A stretch of 64,000 nucleotides of DNA from Nannocystales bacterium (GTDB lineage: Bacteria > Myxococcota_A > Polyangia > Nannocystales > Nannocystaceae), in NCBI GenBank assembly GCA_050633305.1, contig JBOEGF010000011.1:95312-159311 (forward strand), read 5' to 3'. The notes under the pieces are model-generated. The model ran no database searches and had not been told where the DNA came from. It saw nothing but the letters and a program-made list of their open reading frames with translations. Below are positions 27,694 through 38,872 of this stretch, piece after piece. Each line of letters opens with the position of its first letter. The stretch's first letter is position 1. A program made the position numbers and the translations under genes.

Positions 27694-28533
27694 TCACGCA
27701 CCTGCGCGATGTGCGACTGTGTCGGCCGGAGGGGGCATCGAGAGTAGCGCACGGGTGTTTTGCGCCGCTTGCGTCGCCAGGGCAGCCGGCGTGATCCCGC
27801 GGACCTCCGCAAGACGCGCACAGGTGAACGCGACGTAGGCGGGGATGTTTTCGCGGCCCCGTAGGGGCTCCGGAGCGAGGTAGGGGGCGTCGGTCTCGAC
27901 GAGGATGCGGTCCTCGGGGGTCAGCGCCGCGGCTTCGCGGATCTCGCTGCACTTCTTGAACGTCGAGATTCCCGAGAACGAGATGTGGAAGCCGAGGTCG
28001 AGCCAGGCTCGCGCCGCATCCGGACCGGCGGTGAAGCAGTGGACCATCCCTGGCATGTCGGCACGGGGTCCGGCTTCGGCGACGATCGCGAGCGCCTCCT
28101 CGTGGGCGTCTCGAATGTGGAGCACGAGCGGCATGTCGAGCTCGCGTGCGAGTTCGACGTGCTCGGAGAAGCTGCGCCGTTGATCCTCTCGCGGCGAGAG
28201 GTCGTAGTGATAGTCGAGCCCTGTCTCTCCGATGGCGAGCACGCTGGGGTTCTTGGCGTGCTCGCGGAGCCGGCCCAGCAGCGCCGCGTCGGTGTGTTTG
28301 GCCTCGTGCGGGTGGACGCCGATCGCCGCGAAGACTTGCTCATGCGCATCGGCGAGTTCGACCGCACGGTCGATCGACTCGGGTGAGCATCCAACATGGA
28401 CGTACTGCACAACGCCGGCCGCCGTTCCCGCATCGAAGCAGGCCTGCAGGTCGGCGGACATCGGTGCGTAGTCGAGGTGACAATGCGCGTCGATCAGCCC
28501 GGGCAGGGTCGGGGGGATCTTGGGGGTGCCCAT
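27694..28533 (-). CDS. tatD: TatD family deoxyribonuclease
   Basis: IDAHCHL, GVHPH, IGETGLDY, LHIRDAH, HCFT, VETDAPYLAP. Confidence 0.95.
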   Translation of the reverse strand: MGTPKIPPTLPGLIDAHCHLDYAPMSADLQACFDAGTAAGVVQYVHVGCSPESIDRAVELADAHEQVFAAIGVHPHEAKHTDAALLGRLREHAKNPSVLAIGETGLDYHYDLSPREDQRRSFSEHVELARELDMPLVLHIRDAHEEALAIVAEAGPRADMPGMVHCFTAGPDAARAWLDLGFHISFSGISTFKKCSEIREAAALTPEDRILVETDAPYLAPEPLRGRENIPAYVAFTCARLAEVRGITPAALATQAAQNTRALLSMPPPADTVAHRAGA

Positions 28534-28590
28534 CGCGGGGAGGGTAGCGGCTGTCGAGGCGTGAGGCCACGGTACGGGGTTCGAGCAGCG

Positions 28591-28979
28591 TCACAGCGCA
28601 GTGCACTCGCCGACCGCTGGGTTGCCCATGTATCCCAGGGGCGGTCCGCACTCGAGTGTGGGGGAGCCGCAGTCGAGGTCGTCGAGGCACAACGGCAGGC
28701 AGCACGGGCCTGGGCCGCCGCAGTCCACTTCGCTGGTGACGCAGCTCAGTCCCGCAGCGCACTCGACCGCTTCGTCACAGGCCTCGCCGAGACTCAGAGG
28801 CGTCGGTCCGGCCGCACCGTGTGGCTTGCAGACAAAGTCGGCCCCGGGATGCGATCTCCGCCTGGGACGTCGATCGCGGATGCGACGACCTCCGCCTGCT
28901 CTTGCGGGCTGAGGACTACGACGTTCGAACAGGACAGCCCGACGAACACCAAACTCCACGACACCCAACACAACCGCAT
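28591..28979 (-). pseudogene. Probably frameshifted small Cys-rich lipoprotein
   Basis: The signal-like MRLCWVSWSLVFVGLSC is in one frame and the Cys-rich DFVCK...LGEACDEAVECAAGLSC...CCLPLC is in another. The junction is near CCCGGGG at about 28845. Confidence 0.45.
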
Positions 28980-29051
28980 GACCCGTAGCGTGCCACGAGC
29001 CCTTGGGGAGAACAAACCGCTGCGAGCCGCGGACTGGCGGGAATGTGCCTC

Positions 29052-29870
29052 CTAGAGACACCAGTCGGTGCCCGGCATGCCAGCGACGAGCGACCCGCAG
29101 CCGTTGAGGCACAGAACTTGAGCGGACACCTGATCCGTGCAGAGCTCGACTAGATTCTGGCCTTGGCACAGGGTCGGGGGCTGGCCGTCAGCGCAATCGG
29201 GCTCTTCGTCGAGTCGGCAAACGCACGGTTGTCCGTCCGCGAGTCGACTCGCGACCGCGGTTGCGAAAAGGCCTCCCACGGCATCGGCGGCGAGCTCGAC
29301 GAAGGTGTCACCACAGACGCTGCCCTCGTAGTTGGGGATCTCGGATTGCGTCTCGCACCACTCGTCGCACGTCTGCAGGTATGCGGCGACATCGTCGGAG
29401 TCGAACGACGTCGAGCGGACGAGTTCCAGGCCATCGTCGGATTGGAAGCAGTCTTTGGCGCTGTCCGGCTGCTCGTTGATGGCATAGGCGCACGCGCAGT
29501 CCGCATTCGTCTCTGGAACCAGCTGGCCGCAGACACCGTCGTTGCGCTGGCCACCCACTTGCGCTTCGCAAACAACATCGCAATCGGTCTCGGTTCGAAA
29601 CCCGTTGCGGCAGATCAGGGCGGTCTCGAAGTCGGCGCCACAAGTCGTCGGGTCCGTGTCCTGGCACGCATCCCAGCCCTCCTCCTGTGGGATCCCGCAG
29701 ACCTGGTCCGGGGTGGGAGAGCCGTTGTCCTCCAGCACGCCGGGTCCGCACGCTTGTCCTTCTCCACACTCGAGGTCGTTTTCACACTCGAGGCCGACAG
29801 TGACCGCGTCGTCGAAACACCCCGAGACCGCGAGGCCGAACAGCAGAGAACACAGCGTGATGCGTCGCAT
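29052..29870 (-). CDS. Cys-rich lipoprotein
   Basis: MRRITLCSLLFGLAVSGC lipobox and many Cys. The start overlaps the upstream stop by one base. Confidence 0.75.
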   Translation of the reverse strand: MRRITLCSLLFGLAVSGCFDDAVTVGLECENDLECGEGQACGPGVLEDNGSPTPDQVCGIPQEEGWDACQDTDPTTCGADFETALICRNGFRTETDCDVVCEAQVGGQRNDGVCGQLVPETNADCACAYAINEQPDSAKDCFQSDDGLELVRSTSFDSDDVAAYLQTCDEWCETQSEIPNYEGSVCGDTFVELAADAVGGLFATAVASRLADGQPCVCRLDEEPDCADGQPPTLCQGQNLVELCTDQVSAQVLCLNGCGSLVAGMPGTDWCL

Positions 29871-30760
29871 TAGAATCGTCCTCCCAGCACCAAGCCAGAG
29901 CCGGTGGGCGCGAGCGCAACGCTGCGGCCGGCGTCCTTGCGCTTCTTGAGCCCCAGTGCCAGCACAACCGCGCCCGCGGTGAGCAAGACACCGCCCGCGA
30001 CCGCGCCTCCGATCGCCAGGGCGTTCGCAGAGCGTCCATCTTCCAGGGCGCTGATCCGGCGGACCCCGGTCGAGGTGCCGTCTTCGATGTCTCCTTCCAG
30101 ACTCTGGCCCCACAACGCGCCGCCCAGTCCCAAGCCGGCACCGACAACCCCCAGGCCCAACACTCCGCCGCCGACGCCGATCAGGATTCTGGCCGTGCGC
30201 TGCGCATCGGGGTCGTCGGGGCCTGTGGGGGCAGGCGTGGGCTCGGGCGCGGGCTCTCGTGGCTGTTGCACGGGGGCAGCGGCCGCGGCCTCCGCCTCCG
30301 TCTTGTGCCGCGCGAGCTCGGTTTCGATCTCATCGAGCAGGGCGCGGCCCTTCGCGTCTTCCTGCGCCCCCTCTTCGGCGAAGTCGTTGAAGTACCGGGT
30401 CAGCAACACCTTGGCCGTTTTCAGGTGCACCACGTCGCCATCGAGTTCGTACATCCGCTTTTGCGTGATTCCGACGTTGTAAACGATGGCGGAGCGAATC
30501 CCGGCGGTCTGCGGCCCATCGGGCAGGGCCACGTACGCAGCACTAAACTTCTCGAGAGCGGTCGGGTAGTCCGCGAGATCGTAGGCCGCCGACCCCTCGT
30601 TGTGGAGCACGCGGGCCTTCTCCAACGCAGGATCGAGCGGGGCGTCCGCTTCGCCTTCGACGTTCGAATCGGAGGAGGGAGGGGCCGCGAGTGCAGGGGG
30701 GGCAATCGTCAGCCCGAGGACGCTGAGGGTTCCAACTAGGCGGCAGCAGCAGGCTCGCAC
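29870..30760 (-). CDS. Exported TPR-like protein with C-terminal Gly-rich hydrophobic segments
   Basis: Signal peptide, ARVLHNEGSAAYDLADY.TALEKF.AAY...YNVG, two Gly-rich hydrophobic stretches, and the ending GLVLGGRF. Confidence 0.75.
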   Translation of the reverse strand: MRACCCRLVGTLSVLGLTIAPPALAAPPSSDSNVEGEADAPLDPALEKARVLHNEGSAAYDLADYPTALEKFSAAYVALPDGPQTAGIRSAIVYNVGITQKRMYELDGDVVHLKTAKVLLTRYFNDFAEEGAQEDAKGRALLDEIETELARHKTEAEAAAAAPVQQPREPAPEPTPAPTGPDDPDAQRTARILIGVGGGVLGLGVVGAGLGLGGALWGQSLEGDIEDGTSTGVRRISALEDGRSANALAIGGAVAGGVLLTAGAVVLALGLKKRKDAGRSVALAPTGSGLVLGGRF

Positions 30761-30799
30761 CCACTCATCATCGCACGGAGTCCTCCGGCAGACGACCGG

Positions 30800-31813
30800 T
30801 CAGTGGCTCAGGGTCTGCAGGTTGGTCTCCGCGTCCCGCACGGCTTCCCGCACCGCGGCGCTGGGGTGCCACCCGAGCCTGCGAAGCAGGGCCCGACCCG
30901 CGTTGTCCTCACCGCCGAGGATCCGTGCGAGGGCGTAGGCCGCTCGGACCCGGGTCACGCCGCGGGTGAGCAGTCCTCGTGCGAGTTCCTCGACCGCCTC
31001 GGTGGCGGACTCGGAGGCGTGTGGGCCCAGGACCGCCAACGCTTCGAGCGCGCGATCCCGCTGGTGCCGGACGGGCAGCGCTGCGACCAAGCGGGGGGCA
31101 GCACCGGGTCGCCGGGCACCCGCGAGGACCATCGCAGCCTCGAAACCGAGGGTGTCCGGGCCTTCCTCTTCGTCGTTGAGGACGTCTTCGAGCGCACGGA
31201 CGGACACGTCGTGAATGGTGTCGAGCCGCGACAGGGCATCGACGAGACTCTCGCGGACCTCAGGGTGGTCTTCGGTGCGCAGGGCCTTGGCGATCGCCGC
31301 CTCGGAGGGTTGGCCGTCCACGTCGATCAACGCCAGCGCGACCTGAAATCGGACGTCGGGGAAGGGGCTGCTGAACCATCCTTCCAGCCTCCGAATGACG
31401 CGTCGGTGGCAATCTCGGGCGCGAGTCGAGTCGTGGCCGCTTGCGGCCACGCCGACGTATCCGGTGGTGATGACCGCACACTCGCGGCGAAAGCTCTGCT
31501 CGTCGTCGGTCCCTTCGAGTTCGACCCATGGCGCGATGGCATCCAACACCTCGGGCTCGCCGAGCATCCCCAGTCCAATGGCAGCCAACGCGGCGAGCGG
31601 GATGTCTTCGCTCTGACGCAGTGCGTCGAAGAGGGCCGTGGCCACGGCGTCCGCATCGGGGTGGCCGGCGGTCGCCAGCCAGCGCGGGCCGGGCTTGCCG
31701 ATCTCCACAAGAAAGGCGGGCGCCATCGACCGAAGCGCCTTGTGGCGCGCTTCGGGGCGCTTGGCGTCGGCGTCTCGAAGCGCGGCGGCGAAGCTGAGTT
31801 CGGGGGCTTGCAT
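30800..31813 (-). CDS. HEAT-repeat protein
   Basis: PDVRFQVALAL, PEVRESLVDAL, TRVRAAYAL, AAVREAV. Confidence 0.75.
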   Translation of the reverse strand: MQAPELSFAAALRDADAKRPEARHKALRSMAPAFLVEIGKPGPRWLATAGHPDADAVATALFDALRQSEDIPLAALAAIGLGMLGEPEVLDAIAPWVELEGTDDEQSFRRECAVITTGYVGVAASGHDSTRARDCHRRVIRRLEGWFSSPFPDVRFQVALALIDVDGQPSEAAIAKALRTEDHPEVRESLVDALSRLDTIHDVSVRALEDVLNDEEEGPDTLGFEAAMVLAGARRPGAAPRLVAALPVRHQRDRALEALAVLGPHASESATEAVEELARGLLTRGVTRVRAAYALARILGGEDNAGRALLRRLGWHPSAAVREAVRDAETNLQTLSH

Positions 31814-31832
31814 GGGCTGGAGCGAGGGCGGG

Positions 31833-32855
31833 CTATGCCATGGAGAGCAGGGTCTGCTCGAGGGAGAGCCGCACGTTGGGGTTGCGCCCGAGGCGTTCGA
31901 GCAGCGCTTGCACGTGGTCGAGTTGTCGCAGCACGGCGCGTGCCCCCTTGGGTCCGGTGGGGACGCCGGGCAGGCCATTACGCCCGCGCAGGCGCTCCCT
32001 CAGATGCAGCAGCCACAGGTCGCACAACCTGCGCAGCGTCGCCCGTTCACGCGCAGGTCGGCCTGTCTTGGCCGGACCGACAGCCTCACTCCACGCTTGC
32101 CACAACGGGCTCTTGTCCCCGCCGAAGATCGCGGCCGGTCCAGCTTGTGCGGCCCCGACGACTTGTCCGAGCAGGGCGAGCGCCGCGTCGAGTGTGGGGT
32201 CGAGCGCGAGGCGAACGGCCAGCCCGGCGCTGCCGCCTGCCAAGCCGACCGCGAGCTCGATGCGCGCCGGAGTGGGGGGGTCCTCGCCTTGTTCCTGCAA
32301 CCCCGAGACTTGGGCCGAAACGATCGCCGCGACATCGGCATCCTCGAGCCTGCCGAGACGGACGGTCAGGCAACGCGAGAGGATCGTGGGCAGCAGGACG
32401 TCGAGGCCGGTGACGATCATGACGAAGTGCACGCCCGGCCGCGGCTCTTCGAGGGTCTTGAGCATCGCGTTGAAGCCCGCCTCGCCGATCGCGTCCGCGG
32501 GATCGAACACGACGATGTGGTGATCCCCCTCGAACGGCGCCATCTCGAGGCGGTTGGCGAGCGCGCGAGCCTGTTCGATCTTCACGCGGCCGCCGGGCTC
32601 ATCGGGTGCGAGCCACTCCACGCCCGCGTGGGTGCCCGCGGCGATCCTTCGGCACGCCGTGCACGCACCGCATCCGACTGCGGGCGCCTCCTTGCAGTGG
32701 AGGGCAGCGGCAAGGCCCTTGGCGAGGGTGGCTTTGCCGACGCCTGCGGGCCCGACGAAGATCAGCCCGTGATGGAGCTGGTCGCGAGCAATGGCGCGGG
32801 AGAGCCGGGCTTGGGCCTGCGCGTGCCCCCGCACACCGGGAAACTGGCTTGTCAT
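31833..32855 (-). CDS. holB: DNA polymerase III delta-prime subunit
   Basis: LHHGLIFVGPAGVGK, C..GCGACTAC zinc site, NAMLKTLEEP, LLPTILSRC. Confidence 0.92.
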   Translation of the reverse strand: MTSQFPGVRGHAQAQARLSRAIARDQLHHGLIFVGPAGVGKATLAKGLAAALHCKEAPAVGCGACTACRRIAAGTHAGVEWLAPDEPGGRVKIEQARALANRLEMAPFEGDHHIVVFDPADAIGEAGFNAMLKTLEEPRPGVHFVMIVTGLDVLLPTILSRCLTVRLGRLEDADVAAIVSAQVSGLQEQGEDPPTPARIELAVGLAGGSAGLAVRLALDPTLDAALALLGQVVGAAQAGPAAIFGGDKSPLWQAWSEAVGPAKTGRPARERATLRRLCDLWLLHLRERLRGRNGLPGVPTGPKGARAVLRQLDHVQALLERLGRNPNVRLSLEQTLLSMA

Positions 32856-32973
32856 GGGAATCGGTGCGCGGAGAGTACGGTTGCTGAGTCGTGCAGCCAA
32901 CCCTCGCGTACTGCCGTGAGGCTGCTACCATCCTCCCCGCGGGAACGCCGCCCCGAGAAAGACTCTGCGCCCG

Positions 32974-33681
32974 ATGAGCGACAACAAACCTGGCATCTTC
33001 AGCCGCATTCGCAACTCGATCTCGAGCAGTCTCAACGATGCTGTCGAGTCGGTGTCCGACCCTGGCACCGAGATCGCACTGATGCTCGATGATCTGGCGG
33101 CGCAGATTCAGACGTCCGAGCAGGACCTCAAGCAGGCGATGGTCGACCGCAAGGTGATGCAACGCAAAGCCCAAGAGGCGACGGCGGATGCGACCAAGTG
33201 GGAGAAGAAGGCCGAGCAAGCCCTGAAGCTCGGCGACGAGTCGCTGGCTCGCGAGGCGTTGCGCCGCAAGGCGGACTACGACCTCAAGGTCAAGGACCTC
33301 AGTTCGGGGGCGAACGAGCAGGCCGTGCTGGTCGACTCGATGACCCAGAACCTCAAGGAGGCGAAGGCGCGGCTGAAGTCGCTCAACCTGCGCCGCGGTT
33401 CGCTGATGGCCCAGGCTCGTGCCGCCAAGAAGGGCGTGTCCTCCGGGCAGATCGCCGATGGTGGAGGCCTGGACAAGCTCAGCGCCATCGAGGACCGGAT
33501 CGCCGAGCTCGAGGCCTTCAACGAGGTCTCTCAGGAACTCGGCGGGAATACGGCCGAAGAAGCCGCGATCGAAGCGAAGCTGGCCGACCTCGAGGGGGAC
33601 TCCGAGGTCGATGATGCCCTTGCCGCGCTCAAGGCGAAGATGAGCGGCGCGCAGAAGAGTCTGCCCAAGGCCGACGATTGA
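32974..33681 (+). CDS. pspA: PspA/IM30 family protein
   Basis: GIFSRI...DP, WEKKAEQAL..GDESLAREAL, coiled coil, VDDALAALKAKM. Confidence 0.9.
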   Translation: MSDNKPGIFSRIRNSISSSLNDAVESVSDPGTEIALMLDDLAAQIQTSEQDLKQAMVDRKVMQRKAQEATADATKWEKKAEQALKLGDESLAREALRRKADYDLKVKDLSSGANEQAVLVDSMTQNLKEAKARLKSLNLRRGSLMAQARAAKKGVSSGQIADGGGLDKLSAIEDRIAELEAFNEVSQELGGNTAEEAAIEAKLADLEGDSEVDDALAALKAKMSGAQKSLPKADD

Positions 33682-35369
33682 CCCAGCATCTGGCCGGGCC
33701 GAGGGGCGGGCGACTCCGCGCTCACACGCCTCGCTCTCAGGCGTCCGGGTTCTTGGTGTTCATCGCCCTGGTGCTTGGCATCTCGTTCCCGTACTTCGAG
33801 AAGACTCGCAACGCCAACGAACTGCCGCGAATCCTGCAGGCGATGGCCCACGTCGACACCGACGTCTGGGCCATCGATGGGCCGGGCGGGCGGCGGATCC
33901 CACCGGGCCCGGACGTCTCCCGCTCGCATGTCGACGGACGCATCTATCCAAACAAGCCGCCGGGGACCACGATGGTGCTCACCGCCGCCTACCGGGTCGC
34001 ACGGCTCGTTCACGGCGATGAACTCACACTGCGTCTGTTGACGTGGTGGGCCCGGTTGCTCTCCGGTTGGCTGCCCACGGTTCTGTTGGCGTGGTTCCTC
34101 ATGAGGCGACTCGCGGGGCAGTTCTCGCGCGCTCCGGCGGTCGCTGCAGTGGCGGTCTACGCCCTCGCGACGCCTGCAGCTTCGTACGCCCACCTGGCCT
34201 ACGGACATCAGCTCGCCGCGGCACTGTTGTGCGTCGGGGTGGTGCTGTGCATCGATGCGGCCCGCGCGGGTCCGGCAATCTCCGTTCGAAGGCGGTGGCT
34301 CAGCGCGGTCGGAGGCGGGGCGCTTGCGGGTGCGGCCGTCACCGTCGAGTACGGGGCTGTCTTCGCAGGCATCCCCCTGGGCCTGTTCCTGCTTTGGAAC
34401 GGGCGGCAGCCGGGCAAGCTCCCGTTCACACTGGGCTCCTTGTTCGGCGCGTTGCTGCCGATCGCCTGGCTCGGCATCTACCACCGCACCGTCTATGGCG
34501 CGGTGCTCTCCACCGGCTACCACCACGTCACCAATCCCGACTTTGCCGAAAAACACGGCCAGGGGTTCCTCGGTCTCTCGTTCCCCACGGTCGAGGGCTT
34601 CACAACCCACGTGTTGGATCCCGGCGGCGGATTGCTGTGGTGGGCTCCGCTGTTCCCGCTGGCGATCTACGGATTGGCCAAAGCGTGCTCCCACCCTGAT
34701 GACCCCGTGCGCTCGTTCGCCCGGGTCGCGCTGGCCACGGTGGTGCTCTACCTCGTCATCGTCAGCGGCCTGAGCTTCACAGGCGGATGGCGAGTCGGGC
34801 CGCGCTACCTGGTGGCAGTGCTCCCGATGCTCGCGTGGGGATGGGCGGAGGCGCTCGGTCAGATCCGCAACCGGCCGCTGTGGATCGCTGCGGTGTTTTC
34901 CGTGCTCGTCTACGCGCTCATCGCCAACGCTCTCGCCGCGAACCTTTGGCCCCATCTGGACCTCACCAACGTTCATCATCCTCTCAGCGAGGTGTTGTTT
35001 CCCCTGTGGAACGAGAACGTCGAGCCGTACGGTTTGCTCCGCTCGGGCTTCAACCTCGATACCGCGCACGCGGTGATCGTGGTGTCGGTGGTCGGCGGTC
35101 TCCTCGCGGTCGGACGGGTGGTCGAACCCACGCCCAAGACGCTCGCGGGACTGGGCCTCGGGCTCTTCCTGGGGGTGGTGGCTGTCGCCTCTGTCACGCG
35201 GTGGGAACCCCATCCGAAGGCGCGGCGGAACCTTGCCTACATCCTGCGCAGCTGGGAACCTGAGGTCCAACCGCACCTTCGGCGGCCCGGAAAGGCACTC
35301 CCGCCGTTGGCGAGCGGGGTCGTCGATCGTGGGCCTCGGCACAAACCGCAGATGGTGCCGCCGCGGTGA
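33678..35369 (+). CDS. Polytopic membrane protein, GT-C (ArnT/PMT-like) glycosyltransferase-like
   Basis: Many TM segments, NANELPR in the first loop, YPNKPPG, AVTVEY, GGW.VGPRYLV. The start overlaps the pspA stop. Confidence 0.6.
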   Translation: MTQHLAGPRGGRLRAHTPRSQASGFLVFIALVLGISFPYFEKTRNANELPRILQAMAHVDTDVWAIDGPGGRRIPPGPDVSRSHVDGRIYPNKPPGTTMVLTAAYRVARLVHGDELTLRLLTWWARLLSGWLPTVLLAWFLMRRLAGQFSRAPAVAAVAVYALATPAASYAHLAYGHQLAAALLCVGVVLCIDAARAGPAISVRRRWLSAVGGGALAGAAVTVEYGAVFAGIPLGLFLLWNGRQPGKLPFTLGSLFGALLPIAWLGIYHRTVYGAVLSTGYHHVTNPDFAEKHGQGFLGLSFPTVEGFTTHVLDPGGGLLWWAPLFPLAIYGLAKACSHPDDPVRSFARVALATVVLYLVIVSGLSFTGGWRVGPRYLVAVLPMLAWGWAEALGQIRNRPLWIAAVFSVLVYALIANALAANLWPHLDLTNVHHPLSEVLFPLWNENVEPYGLLRSGFNLDTAHAVIVVSVVGGLLAVGRVVEPTPKTLAGLGLGLFLGVVAVASVTRWEPHPKARRNLAYILRSWEPEVQPHLRRPGKALPPLASGVVDRGPRHKPQMVPPR

Positions 35370-35508
35370 CCTGGTTTGCGCCAGCGCCACCGAGCGAATC
35401 TTCTTCCGCGACCTGACGTCCAACCGTAAAGTGAGCTGTGGTCGCGCCTCGGCGATCGCGGCGCTGTCGCGCGAAACGCTTCCCCTCGACCGATCAGGCT
35501 GTCCATCG

Positions 35509-37725
35509 ATGATTCTCGAGTCTCTTCTTCTGCTTGGAATGTCCACCGTCTCCGTCGCTTCTGCAGCCCAGGGGGAGGATGTCGATGTTGCCTTCGACGA
35601 CGATGAATTCGACCTCGCCGCTGCCGACGCGCTGAGCTGTGTCGACGACTCGATGCTGATCGAGGCGGTCGACGAAGGGCCCGCAAAGAAGAAACCGTCG
35701 TCGGCCTCGGCCGCGCTCCGTGCCGCGCAGGCCAAGAAGCAGTCCACGAAAAAGGCCCTCGCGGCTAAGAAGGTCCGGCCGAGGAAAATCGCGGACGAGA
35801 AGCGGCGCAAGAAGGCGAAGAAGGACAAGAAACGGAAGAACGCGAAGCGTCGGAAGATCAGTCGGAAGATCCCGCCACGGGCATTCACCTCGAAGAACAA
35901 CCAGCGCAAGCTCGCGAGTCGAGAGAAGAAGGCTCCCAAGGCGGTCAAAGAGAAGATCGCGCTGCAGCGTGCGCTGATCAAAAAGAAGAAGAAGCACTAC
36001 CGCGTCGCCTACACCAAGGCCTTGGAGCTCTCGACTACGGAACTCACCGGGCTCAAGCCCCTGAAGAACGAGCGCGAGGTCAAGCGCAAGCAGAACAAGA
36101 AGGCCAAGGCGAAGATGGCGGCGCTCGGTGTCCGAGGGGCGCCGAACATGATGCAGCACATGGTCCGCTCGCAGGTGATCGTCGAGCCCGACGGCGCCCA
36201 GGGGAGCAAGAACACGGACCGGGTCGATGATCCGTTCGAGACACCGGTCGGAGATGCGTCGTGCTCTCCGTCGATGACGGCATGGAGCTGGAAAGAATAT
36301 GTCGAGGAGCCACGCTCGCAGGGGGCGTGTGGCAGCTGTTGGGCATTCGCCACACTCACCGTGTTCGAAGCGGCGGAACGCATCGTCAACAACATCGGCC
36401 TCGATTTCTCCGAGCAACACATCGTCGACTGCGCTCGTGCCAAGGGCTTCTCCGGGAGCGAGGTCGACGCAGGAACATGCATGGGCGGCTACATGCACAT
36501 GGTGTTCGACTACCTCGAAGAGAAGGGCGCCGCACTCGAGGATGAGGTTCCATATCAAGCCAAGGAGCTGACCTGCGACCCCGACAAGGCCACCAAGCAC
36601 AAGGTGGCGGCTTGGGGATTCGTCGACCAGTACTCGAAGGTTCCCAGCACCGCCAAGCTCAAGGAGTCGCTGTGCAAGTACGGCCCCTCTGCGGTCGCTG
36701 TTCACGTGAACGAGTCGTTCAAGATGTACGCCGGCGGGGTGTACGACGACAACGTCGATGCGCAGGTCAACCACGCGGTCGTCATCGTCGGCTGGGATGA
36801 CCTTCGCGGTGCGTGGCTGCTGCGCAACTCGTGGGGAACCTGGTGGGGCGAGGACGGCTACATGTGGATCAAATACGGCGCCAACAACGTCGGATCACAG
36901 GCGGTCTGGGCGACCGTCGAGCCCAACGAGACGGTCACCGCCAAGGTTCGCAAGCGTCGCAAGCTCAACCTCAAGAACAAGACCGGTGGTCCACTGAAGG
37001 TCTCGGTGCAGTACCGAAGCGGCGGGAAGTGGGCTCCAGCGTACGGTGCCAAGAAAACGTCCCTCACCTATACCGTCGCGGACGGTGCCGAGGCCCACGT
37101 CGGGGTGGATGGTGAGGAGATCCGGGCCGATCGCGTTCGAGTGTGGGCGAAGTCGACCGACGGAAAGACCACCTTCTCCGAGTTCAAGAAGAAGGACCTC
37201 AAGCTCGTCCCCGAGGGGAGCTACGAGGACAAGACGGTGCAGACGTTTGCCTACACGTTCAACGAGGACGATGCGGACGCGGCGGGCGGCAAGCCAAAGA
37301 CAAAGACCAAGGCCAAGCGTTCCAAGAACGAGCTGTTCTCCGACGGCTACGCAGCGATCGACGGGGGCAAGCACAAGCGAGGGCGCAACATGCTCTCGAA
37401 GTACCTCGAGCGCTACCCCGGGGACGACCGCGTCGCCGAGGTGATGTACTGGATCGGCTACAGCCACTACCAAGAAGGCTCGTTCTACGAGGCGCTCAGC
37501 GAGTGGTACGACGTCGTGGTCGACCACCCAGACCACGACTTTGTTGCCTACGCGCTGTACTACTCAGGGCTGGCGTACGTGGAGCGCGACGAGTGCGACC
37601 TGGCGCAGACCTGCTTCGACCTGGTGGCCCACGGGGGCTATCCCTCGGCGACCGAGGAGTGGATCTCGGCCGCGCAGAGCCAGATCGACGATCTGGCGAA
37701 GAACAGCAAGAAATACTGCGGCTAG
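35509..37725 (+). CDS. Papain-like (C1A) cysteine peptidase with Lys-rich N-region and C-terminal TPR domain
   Basis: [41 protein letters not shown]-terminal YLERYPGD...YWIGYS...YALYYSG. Confidence 0.9.
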   Translation: MILESLLLLGMSTVSVASAAQGEDVDVAFDDDEFDLAAADALSCVDDSMLIEAVDEGPAKKKPSSASAALRAAQAKKQSTKKALAAKKVRPRKIADEKRRKKAKKDKKRKNAKRRKISRKIPPRAFTSKNNQRKLASREKKAPKAVKEKIALQRALIKKKKKHYRVAYTKALELSTTELTGLKPLKNEREVKRKQNKKAKAKMAALGVRGAPNMMQHMVRSQVIVEPDGAQGSKNTDRVDDPFETPVGDASCSPSMTAWSWKEYVEEPRSQGACGSCWAFATLTVFEAAERIVNNIGLDFSEQHIVDCARAKGFSGSEVDAGTCMGGYMHMVFDYLEEKGAALEDEVPYQAKELTCDPDKATKHKVAAWGFVDQYSKVPSTAKLKESLCKYGPSAVAVHVNESFKMYAGGVYDDNVDAQVNHAVVIVGWDDLRGAWLLRNSWGTWWGEDGYMWIKYGANNVGSQAVWATVEPNETVTAKVRKRRKLNLKNKTGGPLKVSVQYRSGGKWAPAYGAKKTSLTYTVADGAEAHVGVDGEEIRADRVRVWAKSTDGKTTFSEFKKKDLKLVPEGSYEDKTVQTFAYTFNEDDADAAGGKPKTKTKAKRSKNELFSDGYAAIDGGKHKRGRNMLSKYLERYPGDDRVAEVMYWIGYSHYQEGSFYEALSEWYDVVVDHPDHDFVAYALYYSGLAYVERDECDLAQTCFDLVAHGGYPSATEEWISAAQSQIDDLAKNSKKYCG

Positions 37726-38174
37726 CGGCGGCGGCTGGTCCAGGCCAGCGGTAGCAGCCACAACAAGCCCGCCCAAGAGGCTGTGCCGCCCGCGGTGCAG
37801 CCTCTCTTGTTTCCGGCGGACGCCGGGGGGTCGTCCCCAGCGCCTGCCTTGGGCGGCTCCCCTCCGGCGGTGGGCTCCGCCATCACCGTGGCAGAGGGGC
37901 CCTCGCCGGGCTTGCACGCCAAGCACGCGCCGCATGTGACCTCCGGTGGGCTGCCCTTGGAGTAGTCCTGTTCGCAGCACTCATCGGGCTGGCACGTACC
38001 GTCGATGTCCCGGTACGAGAGGCCGCCCGCATCTTTCATGGGCTCCTTGAGGACACACGCCTCTCCCTCGCTGGAGGTCTTGCAGGCCTCCACTGCCGGG
38101 TTCCCTTCCGACGCGGAGGCGAGGGCGGGGAGCAGGCAAGCGATCAGTGCGGCGGAGGGGAGGAGGCGTTGCAC
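37722..38174 (-). CDS. Small secreted Cys-rich protein with MYXO-CTERM-like tail
   Basis: Signal peptide, several Cys, and the ending [28 protein letters not shown]. Confidence 0.75.
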   Translation of the reverse strand: MQRLLPSAALIACLLPALASASEGNPAVEACKTSSEGEACVLKEPMKDAGGLSYRDIDGTCQPDECCEQDYSKGSPPEVTCGACLACKPGEGPSATVMAEPTAGGEPPKAGAGDDPPASAGNKRGCTAGGTASWAGLLWLLPLAWTSRRR

Positions 38175-38276
38175 AGCGGTACCTTCGCACGAGGCCGGCC
38201 CCCCATGAAAGCCGGAGCGGCCCGAACGCGCTGAGGGGACTCAAGGTTTTCGGGGCCGCGACGATGCCTCGGTGTC

Positions 38277-38690
38277 ATGAAACACTCCGCCCGGGTCCTC
38301 GCCTGCCGGTCGGCTCCCCTCGCCACCGCGTATTGTGCCCAGCTTCGCGAGGCTTTCACCGAGGTGGGCCAAGCGTTGCGCCATGGGGACGCGGTCTGGG
38401 CGCTCGAACGGTTCGAGACCGCGTTGGAGCCGATGCACAAGCTTCTCGTGTTCGCCGCGGTCGCGGCCGACATGTTGCGGGATGCCCAGCACCCGTTGCG
38501 TTCGGACCTGGTGAGCTTTTCGGACGGCATGGAGCGCGCGCTCGACCTCGTGGAAGCTGCGATGGTCTCGGGGGAGTTCGCCGGTGTGGTCTCCCTTCTA
38601 GAGACTCGGGTCGTTCCGATGCTCGACACCTGTACGAGCTTGGGACCTCGGTTGACGGTCGCACTGCAGCCGCGACTCATCGCGGTCTGA
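38277..38690 (+). CDS. Hypothetical helical protein
   Basis: 137-aa amphipathic ORF filling the gap; no motif recognised. Confidence 0.55.
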   Translation: MKHSARVLACRSAPLATAYCAQLREAFTEVGQALRHGDAVWALERFETALEPMHKLLVFAAVAADMLRDAQHPLRSDLVSFSDGMERALDLVEAAMVSGEFAGVVSLLETRVVPMLDTCTSLGPRLTVALQPRLIAV

Positions 38691-38872
38691 GCCCATCTCA
38701 TGACCCGCCCCGGGACGATCCGAGTTTTGCGGGAACGAGCGAATCTCCGCGCTTTCGTACATGGCGCCTGATCCGGAGCTTCCTGCTCGGATGACGTACA
38801 TCCGCCACGATCGGGTCGATTGACCTGCTCGGGCTCCGCCCCCGCGCGGCCGCATTGAACTACACTCGTAGG

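Noticed and set aside
33531..35981. 816-aa minus-strand ORF
   Set aside because: Antisense to pspA, the GT-C-like gene and the protease; no motifs.
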